DNA from: an uncultured Actinomycetes bacterium
GTDB lineage: Bacteria; Actinomycetota; UBA4738; HRBIN12
Direction of reading: 5' to 3'
Length of the DNA: 64,000 nt
NCBI GenBank assembly: GCA_963704725.1
Contig: OY969934.1
Location: 1,728,001-1,792,000 of the forward strand
Positions 8,954-16,765 of the stretch are shown here, one piece after another. The translations under genes were made by a program, and so were the position numbers. How positions within the stretch are numbered: position 1 is the stretch's first letter; each line of letters opens with the position of its first letter. The notes under the pieces are model-generated. The model searched no databases. It saw only the letters and a list, made by a program, of their open reading frames with translations, and was not told where the DNA came from.

Positions 8954-10248
8954 GGCAAGCATTCTCCATTGGCTCGAGTTGGCCGCTCACGAGACTCAAG
9001 CACCGAGTGGCATTCGCCGCAGGCGGGACGCCACCTGTGGATCGAACTGAGTACTGGGCGGAAGACAAGGGAGTGCCGTGGGTCACGATTGCGGATATGA
9101 CTCGGGCGTTTCGCGTGACCACTACGGATCGCACACTGACTGAGGCGGGATTAGGCGTGATGAGACGTCGACTTGCGCCACCCGGCACCTTGTTGTTTGC
9201 GATGTATGCCAGCGTCGGCAAAGTGGGCCGGCTCGGGGTCGCGGCGACTTGGAATCAAGCGATTCTCGGCATGACGCCACGAGCAGGATGTTATGGCGGG
9301 TTCCTCGCCTATTGGCTCGAGGCGCTCCAACCAATCGTGCTTGGGTTGGCGCGAAGCAACACCCAGGACAACCTCAACGCAGAGCAGGTCGGCAACCTCC
9401 CATTCCCTACCATGCCTCTATCCATGCAGCGGGCGATCGGCGACTTCCTCGACACCGAGATCGCTCGCATCGACGCGCTGCTCGACAAGAGGGGTCGGCT
9501 CCTCCGTCGACTGTCTGAGCGCAGGCGGTCAGTCACGTTCCTGGGAGTTACCGGCGTGCTAGCGCCCAGAGTCGCGACTCACGATCCAGGCCTTGCGTGG
9601 GCCCGCAAGATCCGTGCGCCCTGGCCTGCGGTCAAGCTCAAGCATGTCGCACGGCTTGGAACTGGCCACACGCCTAGCCGGACCCATTTGGAGTACTGGG
9701 AGGACTGCACCATCCCCTGGATCACGACCGGAGAGGTTCAGCAGGTTCGGGATGATCGAGCGGAGGTCATCACCGAGACGCGAGAGAAGATCAGTGAGGT
9801 CGGCCTCGCGCACTCGGCGGCCGAACTACACTCGGCAGGCACGGTCGTGCTGTGCAGAACCGCCTCAGCCGGCTACTCGGCAATCATGGGGTCGGACATG
9901 GCGACGAGCCAGGACTTCGCCACGTGGACGTGCTCGGAACGCCTCCTTCCCAGATACCTACTGATGTGCCTACGAGCGATGAGACCGGACCTCCTCGGAC
10001 GGCTTGCGTTCGGCTCAACCCACAAAACGATCTACATGCCCGACATCGAAGGGCTGAAGATCCCCTTGCCCACCGTTGAAGAGCAGCGGGAAGTAGTTGA
10101 CGAGATCGACCGACAACTCTCGAAGATCGATGCACTCGCGGAGCGCATCGAGCGCCAGTTGGGCCTCCTCGCCGAGCGCCGTCAGGCGCTGATCACGGCT
10201 GCGGTCACCGGTCTCGTGGACGTGACCATGGACAGCGCCGAGACATAG
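8950..10248 (+). CDS. hsdS: Type I R-M specificity subunit S
   Basis: Two TRDs (GGTP.../GHTP...) and two conserved helices (QRAIGDFLD...IDAL; QREVV...ALITAAVTG); GTGA overlap with hsdM; visibly more A/T-ending codons than its neighbours. Confidence 0.95.
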   Translation: MRQAFSIGSSWPLTRLKHRVAFAAGGTPPVDRTEYWAEDKGVPWVTIADMTRAFRVTTTDRTLTEAGLGVMRRRLAPPGTLLFAMYASVGKVGRLGVAATWNQAILGMTPRAGCYGGFLAYWLEALQPIVLGLARSNTQDNLNAEQVGNLPFPTMPLSMQRAIGDFLDTEIARIDALLDKRGRLLRRLSERRRSVTFLGVTGVLAPRVATHDPGLAWARKIRAPWPAVKLKHVARLGTGHTPSRTHLEYWEDCTIPWITTGEVQQVRDDRAEVITETREKISEVGLAHSAAELHSAGTVVLCRTASAGYSAIMGSDMATSQDFATWTCSERLLPRYLLMCLRAMRPDLLGRLAFGSTHKTIYMPDIEGLKIPLPTVEEQREVVDEIDRQLSKIDALAERIERQLGLLAERRQALITAAVTGLVDVTMDSAET

Positions 10249-10250
10249 GC

Positions 10251-10814
10251 TCACACCAGTGGGTCGAGGCCGTTGAGCTCACAGAAGCGCTCCCACGTGA
10301 CGGGGTTGTCAGCGTCCTCAGGACCGGGTGGCAGAGCCCAGTACGAGATCACCTCGTTGTACGTCCAGTAGCCGGTGGCCGGGCCGACTCGGTAGAGCAC
10401 ATCTCCGAGGTCCGCGAGCCGTCCGAGGGCGAGCGCGATGAACACCGAGGCTGTGTACGGCTTGTTTCGCTCGATCCTCGTGTGTGAGTAGTCGGCAATC
10501 AGCCGCTGGTAGACCTGGGGACGAAGCTCGCCGTAGCGGTGCTCGACGACGCCGTATTCGACGTACGCCTCACCTTGAACGAGGCAACGAGGAAGATCCT
10601 CGTACAGCCCGAGCTCGGCGGTCTTACCCTCCATCGCCGGCTGGTTCACGCGCTCGGTCGCGGTCGCCTGCCAGACGTAGGCTCCTCTTGGATGGCGGTC
10701 GTTCCAGCATGTGTACCGCCAAAGCGCCGGGCCGATGGCCTCGATCTCGATCCGATCGTCGCGCGAACAGAGCGGACAGACCTGTCGCGCCGGACGGCGG
10801 GGCGGCGCGCTCAT
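10251..10814 (-). CDS. Hypothetical protein with N-terminal Zn-ribbon-like motif
   Basis: CPLC...YTCWNDRH; protein-like composition; starts 4 nt after the GIY-YIG stop. Confidence 0.7.
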   Translation of the reverse strand: MSAPPRRPARQVCPLCSRDDRIEIEAIGPALWRYTCWNDRHPRGAYVWQATATERVNQPAMEGKTAELGLYEDLPRCLVQGEAYVEYGVVEHRYGELRPQVYQRLIADYSHTRIERNKPYTASVFIALALGRLADLGDVLYRVGPATGYWTYNEVISYWALPPGPEDADNPVTWERFCELNGLDPLV

Positions 10815-10818
10815 ACCG

Positions 10819-11217
10819 CTACTCCCACCAGTCCTCGAGGCGGCGAGACCGTACCCGGCGGAGCTTCGCGAAGCCGCGCTGTGTGTTCAGCCGGTTCGCG
10901 GTGGAGTCTTGGCGGTAGATATGGCGCAGGAGCCCCTCGAGCTCCTCGATCTCCTCGCCGCGTACGTTGTCGAACACCTCGAAGATGGAGAAGTGGGTCC
11001 ACAGATCACCCTTCTGTGCACTCCGAGCGTGGGCGCGCAGCCTCCCTCGCACGCTCTGCCTGGCCATCCCGACATACACGACGTCGTACCGACCGGTCCG
11101 CCGGCGCCACCGGAGGAGCGCGTAGATCCCTCGAGTCCCTGGTGGGATCACGTTGATGTCTGCGCGCGGCTGGCACTCAATGCATCGCTTGAACAGCTTG
11201 AGCTCGGTCTCTGGCAC
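10819..11217 (-). CDS. Small GIY-YIG nuclease
   Basis: GTG 11217; RGIYAL...VVYVG...RGRLRAH...ELEGLL...LN motif order. Confidence 0.8.
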   Translation of the reverse strand: MPETELKLFKRCIECQPRADINVIPPGTRGIYALLRWRRRTGRYDVVYVGMARQSVRGRLRAHARSAQKGDLWTHFSIFEVFDNVRGEEIEELEGLLRHIYRQDSTANRLNTQRGFAKLRRVRSRRLEDWWE

Positions 11218-11287
11218 CGGGCGAGAGCGTAGTCGGTCGGAAGGGCCGAGTTGCCATGCGTACACAGCTCCGATAACGTACATACAC

Positions 11288-11515
11288 ATGGCCCGGCGGA
11301 CGACTATCGAGCTCGACGAGGAGCTGCTCGCGCGGGCCAAGCGTGCGCTCGGCGCGCGAACGACCCGTGCCACGGTCGAGGAGGCGCTCCGTCGCGCCGC
11401 CGACCAGGCCGAAGGCGAGCGAGCCCGCAGAGCCGCTGGCCAGCGCGAGTACCTGGCAGGGCTCTCCAAGCGCGTCGACCTTGACGTGCTCGCGTCGGAG
11501 GACATGTGGCGGTAG
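11288..11515 (+). CDS. vapB: VapB antitoxin (RHH)
   Basis: RTTIELDEELLARAKRALG...TVEEALR; overlaps the PIN gene. Confidence 0.9.
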   Translation: MARRTTIELDEELLARAKRALGARTTRATVEEALRRAADQAEGERARRAAGQREYLAGLSKRVDLDVLASEDMWR

Positions 11516-11907
11516 CCGGCTGGCTCCTCGACAAGAGCGCCGCCGCCCGTTCGGCGGACCAGGCGGTGGCACGGGAGCTGGCCGAAATGGCGGGCGAGCT
11601 CTACCTCTGCGCCGTCGGCGAGCTCGAGCAGCTGTACTCGGCCCGTTCCGCGAAGGACTACGACCGTCTCAAGAGCGACCTGATGGAATCGTTCGAGGTG
11701 GTGAGCCCGCCGCCCGATCTGTTCGAGCGGGCGCTCGCGCTCCAGCAGGACCTCGCGCACCATCACGGGATGTGGCACCGGACGCCGATCCCGGATCTGC
11801 TCATCGCCGAGACCGCGCTCCACCACGGGCTCGGCGTGGTCCACGTCGACCGGGACTACGAGCGCATCGCAGAGGTTCGGCCGCTCACCGTCCGGCGTCT
11901 CGGGTGA
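11506..11907 (+). CDS. vapC: VapC PIN-domain ribonuclease toxin
   Basis: LLDKSA, ELE, PDLLIA, HVDRDY acidic residues. Confidence 0.92.
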   Translation: MAVAGWLLDKSAAARSADQAVARELAEMAGELYLCAVGELEQLYSARSAKDYDRLKSDLMESFEVVSPPPDLFERALALQQDLAHHHGMWHRTPIPDLLIAETALHHGLGVVHVDRDYERIAEVRPLTVRRLG

Positions 11908-11941
11908 TGATCTGGGCGGGCGATCCGGTCGCACGTAGCCG

Positions 11942-12292
11942 ATGGCGCTCGCCGAGCTGGTTCGCCGAGGCGCAGAGGCCAAAGTGGCAGCGTTCTGCGA
12001 GCGCCGCGTGCCGGCGCACGTGCGGGACAAGGTGCGGCTGGAGCACACCGTTCGCGGAAACGCCATAACGGTCATCGAGCGCAGACCCCCCTGGCGCGAG
12101 GACTTCGTTCCGGAGTGGTCGTCGATGAAGATCGCCCAGCTCCGCTACGACGCCACGAGTCGGACGTGGACGCTGTGGTGGGCGGATCGGAACGGTCGCT
12201 GGGACCGGTGTTGGGACGTGGGGGAGACGTCGGACATCGACGAGCTGCTGGCCGAGATCGACGAAGACCCGACCGGCATCTTCTGGGGCTGA
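11942..12292 (+). CDS. DUF3024 family protein
   Basis: ERRPPW...IAQLRY...WTLWWADRNGRW...EIDEDPTGIFWG. Confidence 0.85.
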   Translation: MALAELVRRGAEAKVAAFCERRVPAHVRDKVRLEHTVRGNAITVIERRPPWREDFVPEWSSMKIAQLRYDATSRTWTLWWADRNGRWDRCWDVGETSDIDELLAEIDEDPTGIFWG

Positions 12293-12340
12293 CCGAACAC
12301 CTGGTTGCCAGGACGGACCGGTAAGTGCTATGCAGTAAGT

Positions 12341-12817
12341 ATGAGTCAGGTACATGCCCAGATCGCACAGCAGGAGTTCGACCTCGACGCGGACACGATC
12401 TCTCGGCGGCTCCGGGACACCGAGCCGGAGCCCCTGGACGAGCATTTTGTCGTCGTGTCTGGGAAGAGGTTCCCGCCCAAGCAGGTGATCGGAGAGGTCA
12501 CGGGGCTGGATCGATCGGATTTCAACACCCACCAGGCTCGCCGGATTCTGAGCCGCCTCGGGTTCACGGTTGGCCGGAGGAGCCGCGACGTGGCCGTCGG
12601 CCGGCCGGACGCAGCCAAGCCAGGACCCGACGACGAAGCCGAGATGCTCAGGCCGTTCATGGGGAAGTGGGTCGCCCAGCGCGGGCTCGAGGTCTTGGTC
12701 GCCGCAGACACGCCACAGGCCGTGCTGGCCTGGCTCGAGCGACACAACCAGTGGGCGGATGCGATGTTCCGAGTGCCGACGGATGAGTCCGATGCGATGG
12801 GCGCCGCGCCCGCATGA
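12341..12817 (+). CDS. Two-domain protein: SCO5918/ScoMcrA-head-like domain + DUF5678-like domain
   Basis: VVVSGKRFPPKQV...DFNTHQARRILSRLGF then GKWVAQRGLEVLVAADTPQAVL...MFRVP. Confidence 0.7.
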   Translation: MSQVHAQIAQQEFDLDADTISRRLRDTEPEPLDEHFVVVSGKRFPPKQVIGEVTGLDRSDFNTHQARRILSRLGFTVGRRSRDVAVGRPDAAKPGPDDEAEMLRPFMGKWVAQRGLEVLVAADTPQAVLAWLERHNQWADAMFRVPTDESDAMGAAPA

Positions 12818-13215
12818 GGTTCGACTTCAAGAAGCTGCCCGGCCAACCGGGGAAGTACCGGCGACCCGCCGTCCCCGTGATCGTCGAGGGGTTGGTTCGG
12901 GCGCCCCAGCTCTGTCTCCTGGACACCGGAGCCCTGCACAACCGGTTCGCCGGCTGGGTCGCGGAGGCCGCGGGGATTGATCTCGTCGGCGCGGAGGAGG
13001 AGCGGTTCGCGCTGGGAGGGTTCGAGGCGGTGGGCCGGCGGGCCGACGTCCAGCTCACACTCGACGGCGTCACCTGGGAGGCGCCGGTGTGGTTCTGCGA
13101 GCCATGGCCGCTGTCGTTTCACCTCCTCGGCCAGGAGGGGTTCTTCGCGTGGTTCGACGTCCGGATCCGGGCGGCGCATTTCCAGGTCGATATCGTCCCT
13201 GAGGTACAGGGGTGA
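12814..13215 (+). CDS. Retropepsin-like (clan AA) aspartyl protease
   Basis: LLDTGA catalytic motif and C-terminal LLGQEGFF; ATGA/GTGA overlaps on both sides. Confidence 0.85.
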   Translation: MRFDFKKLPGQPGKYRRPAVPVIVEGLVRAPQLCLLDTGALHNRFAGWVAEAAGIDLVGAEEERFALGGFEAVGRRADVQLTLDGVTWEAPVWFCEPWPLSFHLLGQEGFFAWFDVRIRAAHFQVDIVPEVQG

Positions 13216-16200
13216 GGATCACCAAGGAAGTCGCGTTCGAGGACGCCATCGAGGCGCACCTGCTCGACCAGGCCGGCTACACGCGCGGTGTCACCATCAA
13301 CTACGACCCTGCGCTCGCGATCGACACGGCCGAGCTCTTCACGTTCATCGGCGCGACCCAGGCAGAGACCTGGGAGGACCTCGTGCAGCGCAACGGGGGC
13401 GACCCCGACGTCGCCCAGCGCCGGTTCGCCGACCGCCTCGCGAAGCAGATCGACGAGCGAGGAACGGTTGACGTCCTGCGCCACGGCGTCGACGACCTGG
13501 GCGTGCACATCCGGCTCGCGTACTTCCGGCCCGCCTCGGGTCTGAACTCGGACCTCCAGCAGAAGTACGACGCGAACCGACTGACCGTGGTCCGGCAGCT
13601 CCACTACGCGCCGGACCACGCGAACGCGCTCGACCTCACGCTGTTCCTGAACGGCCTCCCGGTCGCCACGGCCGAGCTGAAGAACCCCCTGACGCATCAG
13701 ACCGTCGAGCACGCCGTGGCGCAGTACCGGACGGACCGGGATCCCAGGGACGCGCTCCTCGGCCGCCGGGCGATCGTGCACTTCGCCGTCGACCCCGACC
13801 TGGTCATGATGACGACGAAGCTCGAGCGCGGGGCCACGCGGTTCCTGCCGTTCAACCGGGGCGGCGACCCGGGCGCGACGGCCTGCGGTGCAGGGAATCC
13901 GGCGAGCCCCGGCGGCTACGCCACCTCCTACCTCTGGGAGCGGGTCTGGGAGCGGCACGCGTGGCTGGACCTTCTCAGCCGCTTCGTCCATCTGGAGCGA
14001 TCGGTGCCGGGGAGCAAGGCGAAAGCGGCCGTTCGCGACGCCACGCTCCTGTTCCCGCGGTATCACCAGTGGGACGCGGTCCGCCGCCTCGAGGCGCACG
14101 CGCGCGCGCACGGAGCGGGACGGAACTACCTGGTCCAGCACTCGGCCGGCTCGGGCAAGTCGAACACGATCGCGTGGCTCGCCCACCGGCTCGCCTCGCT
14201 CCACGACCCGCAGGACCGCAAGATCTTCGAGAAGGTCGTGATCGTCACCGACCGGAAGGTCCTCGACCGCCAGCTCCAGGACACGGTCTACGAGTTCGAG
14301 CACGCCCATGGCGTCGTGAAGAAGGTCGAGGAGTCCTCGAAGGAGCTCGCCGAGGCCCTCCGTTCCGTCGAGGCGAAGATCGTCGTCACGACCCTGCAGA
14401 AGTTCCCGTTCGTCGTGGACGAGGTCGCGGCCCTGCCCGAGCGCCGGTACGCCGTCGTCGTCGACGAGGCGCACTCGTCCCAGACGGGGGAGGCCGCCCA
14501 GGAGATGAAGAAGGCGCTCGGCGGCGTGACGGTCGAGACGGGCGACGAGGGCGAGATCGACCCCCAGGACGCCGTCGACGCGCTCGTCGAGGCCTCCGCG
14601 AGGGCCCGCGGCCCGCACGACAACCTGTCGATGTTCGCGTTCACGGCGACGCCCAAGGCGAAGACGCTCGAGCTGTTCGGCGAGCCCCCGGACGAGGACG
14701 GCCGGCACCGCCCGTTCCACCTCTACTCGATGCGACAGGCGATCGAGGAGGGGTTCATCGTGGACGTCCTCGAGCACTACACGACCTACGAGACCTACTT
14801 CCGCCTGGCGCGAGCGGGGGAGGAGGATCCCGAGGTCCCGGTGCGCGAGGCCTCGAAGGCGATCGCGCGCTACGTGATGCTGCACCCCTCGGTCGTCGAG
14901 CAGAAGGCCGCGATCGTGGTCGAGCACTTCCGCCGGTCCACGCGCGACCGCATCGGCGGCCGGGCCAAGGCGATGGTGGTCTGCCGGTCCCGCCTGTCCG
15001 CGGTCCGATTCCGCCTCGCGATCGACGCGCACGCGCGGGAGCATGGCTACGGCGACGTCGGCACACTCGTGGCCTTCTCCGGGACGGTCACCGACGACGG
15101 CGTCGACTACACCGAGCCGAACATGAACGGCTTCTCCGAGTCGCAGACGGCGGAGCGGTTCGCCTCCGACGAGCACCGGATCCTGGTCGTGGCGGAGAAG
15201 TTCCAAACCGGGTTCGACCAGCCCCTGCTCCACACGATGTTCGTGGACAAGAAGCTCGAGGGCGTGAACGCCGTCCAGACGCTCTCCCGGCTGAACCGGA
15301 TCCACCCGGACAAGGAGGACACGTTCGTCCTGGACTTCGTGAACGACGCCGAGCAGATCCAGCGCGCCTTCGCGCCCTACTACGACGCCGCGATCGCGGT
15401 GCCGACCGACCCGAACGAGCTGTACGACGCCTGGCGGGAGGTCGACCGGTTCGGCGTGGTCTGGTCCGAGGACGTGGAGGCGCTCGCCCGCTTGTACTTC
15501 GGCCCCGCCGCCACCCAGGCCAAGCTCTACGCCCTGCTCGACGCCGCGCGCGAGCGGTTCACGGACCTGGACGAGACCGAGCAGGAGGAGCTCCGGACCT
15601 GGCTGAAGCGCTTCGTCTCGCGGTACGGGTTCATCTCCCAGGTCCTGCCGATGGCCGACACGGCGATGGAGAAGCGCTACGTCTACTGCCGGCTGCTCGA
15701 GCGGGTCCTGCCCTCGGCGCCGAGCGGCTCGATGGATCTCGGCGACCGGCTCGCGATGACGCATCTCCGGGTGACGAGGACCGGGGAGCACGACCTGAGC
15801 CTGGAGAAGGGGGGCGGGGTCCTGCGCGCGTTCGGCGAGGGTGGCCCCGGCGGCTACGAGGACCTGCTCGCACCGCTGTCCGAGCTGATCGGCCGGATGA
15901 ACGAGCTGTTCGGCGCAGACCTGTCCGAGGCCGACCTCCTGCACCTCGAGGGCATCGGCGCCGACATGGTGGCCAACCCGGAGGTCCAGCAGCAGGCGGC
16001 CGCCAACACGGTGGAGAACTTCGGGATCGAGTTCGACAAGCGGTTCACCGACGCCGTGGCCGCCCGGATGAGCCAGGCCGAGGAGCTCACGATCCGGATC
16101 CTCGACAAGCCCGAGTTCCGCGAGGAGGTCGTTCGGGCCCTAATGCCGCGGGTGTACGAGCGGGCCCGGGTCGCCCACCAGCGGACGTGCCCGATCGGGG

Positions 16201-16715
16201 AGCTGCTGGCCCGACCCGAGGACAAGCACCTCGAGTTCAAGTCCACGCTGCGGTGGGACCTGAAGACGGGGGAGAAGAGCCGTCTCGTCGAGGCGGCGTC
16301 GATCAAGACCGTCGCCGCCTTCCTGAACTCCGAGTTCGGCGGGACGCTCCTGGTCGGGGTCGGGGACGACGGGGCGGTCGCGGGCCTGGAGCCCGACTAC
16401 GCCACGCTCCGCAAGGCCGGCAAGGCGGACGCGGACCTGTTCCTCCTGCACCTCAACCAGGTGCTCGAGAACGCCGTCGGGCTCGCGGCGGCCGCGAACG
16501 TCACCACCACGGTCCACCGGGTCGATGGCCACGACCTGTGCCGGGTCCACGTCGAGCCTTCGGGGCACCCCGTCGACGCCGAGGTCGCGGTCGCCGACCC
16601 GCAGGGTCAGCTCGGCAGGAAGCGCGTCTTCTACATCCGCCTCAACAACGGGACCCGGGCGATCGAGGACGAGCGGGAGCGGGAGCGCTTCGTCGCCCAT
16701 CGCTGGGGCACGTAG
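13212..16715 (+). CDS. hsdR: Type I R-M restriction subunit R with C-terminal Schlafen/AlbA_2 domain
   Basis: D...ELK nuclease, RYHQ, QHSAGSGKS, DEAH, FTATP, QTGFDQP; tail EDKHLEFKST...AAFLNSEFGGTLLVGVGDDG...FYIR. Confidence 0.95.
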   Translation: MRITKEVAFEDAIEAHLLDQAGYTRGVTINYDPALAIDTAELFTFIGATQAETWEDLVQRNGGDPDVAQRRFADRLAKQIDERGTVDVLRHGVDDLGVHIRLAYFRPASGLNSDLQQKYDANRLTVVRQLHYAPDHANALDLTLFLNGLPVATAELKNPLTHQTVEHAVAQYRTDRDPRDALLGRRAIVHFAVDPDLVMMTTKLERGATRFLPFNRGGDPGATACGAGNPASPGGYATSYLWERVWERHAWLDLLSRFVHLERSVPGSKAKAAVRDATLLFPRYHQWDAVRRLEAHARAHGAGRNYLVQHSAGSGKSNTIAWLAHRLASLHDPQDRKIFEKVVIVTDRKVLDRQLQDTVYEFEHAHGVVKKVEESSKELAEALRSVEAKIVVTTLQKFPFVVDEVAALPERRYAVVVDEAHSSQTGEAAQEMKKALGGVTVETGDEGEIDPQDAVDALVEASARARGPHDNLSMFAFTATPKAKTLELFGEPPDEDGRHRPFHLYSMRQAIEEGFIVDVLEHYTTYETYFRLARAGEEDPEVPVREASKAIARYVMLHPSVVEQKAAIVVEHFRRSTRDRIGGRAKAMVVCRSRLSAVRFRLAIDAHAREHGYGDVGTLVAFSGTVTDDGVDYTEPNMNGFSESQTAERFASDEHRILVVAEKFQTGFDQPLLHTMFVDKKLEGVNAVQTLSRLNRIHPDKEDTFVLDFVNDAEQIQRAFAPYYDAAIAVPTDPNELYDAWREVDRFGVVWSEDVEALARLYFGPAATQAKLYALLDAARERFTDLDETEQEELRTWLKRFVSRYGFISQVLPMADTAMEKRYVYCRLLERVLPSAPSGSMDLGDRLAMTHLRVTRTGEHDLSLEKGGGVLRAFGEGGPGGYEDLLAPLSELIGRMNELFGADLSEADLLHLEGIGADMVANPEVQQQAAANTVENFGIEFDKRFTDAVAARMSQAEELTIRILDKPEFREEVVRALMPRVYERARVAHQRTCPIGELLARPEDKHLEFKSTLRWDLKTGEKSRLVEAASIKTVAAFLNSEFGGTLLVGVGDDGAVAGLEPDYATLRKAGKADADLFLLHLNQVLENAVGLAAAANVTTTVHRVDGHDLCRVHVEPSGHPVDAEVAVADPQGQLGRKRVFYIRLNNGTRAIEDERERERFVAHRWGT

Positions 16716-16733
16716 GCTCCTCGCGAGCCGAGG

Positions 16734-16758
16734 GAATCCGACCTCGCTGATAGGATTT
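16734..16758. promoter_or_regulatory. Putative Rrf2/IscR-like operator, copy 3 (sufD)
   Basis: GAATCCGAC-CTCGCTG-ATAGGATTT, contains a TAGGAT -10-like hexamer, 7 nt before the sufD ATG. Confidence 0.6.
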
Positions 16759-16765
16759 CGTCAGC

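Noticed and set aside
10819-12075. 418-aa ORF as a single protein
   Set aside because: The 5' two-thirds is antisense to vapBC/DUF3024; only the last 132 codons are GIY-YIG-like
12294-12308. CGAACACCTGGTTG as a third SOS box
   Set aside because: Spacing and right half-site do not match GAAC-N4-GTTC
4963-16765. CGTCAGC at both island ends (4963-4969, 16759-16765) as a target-site duplication
   Set aside because: Only 7 bp of GC-rich sequence, likely chance; it would also place the sufD operator inside the insert; no recombinase present
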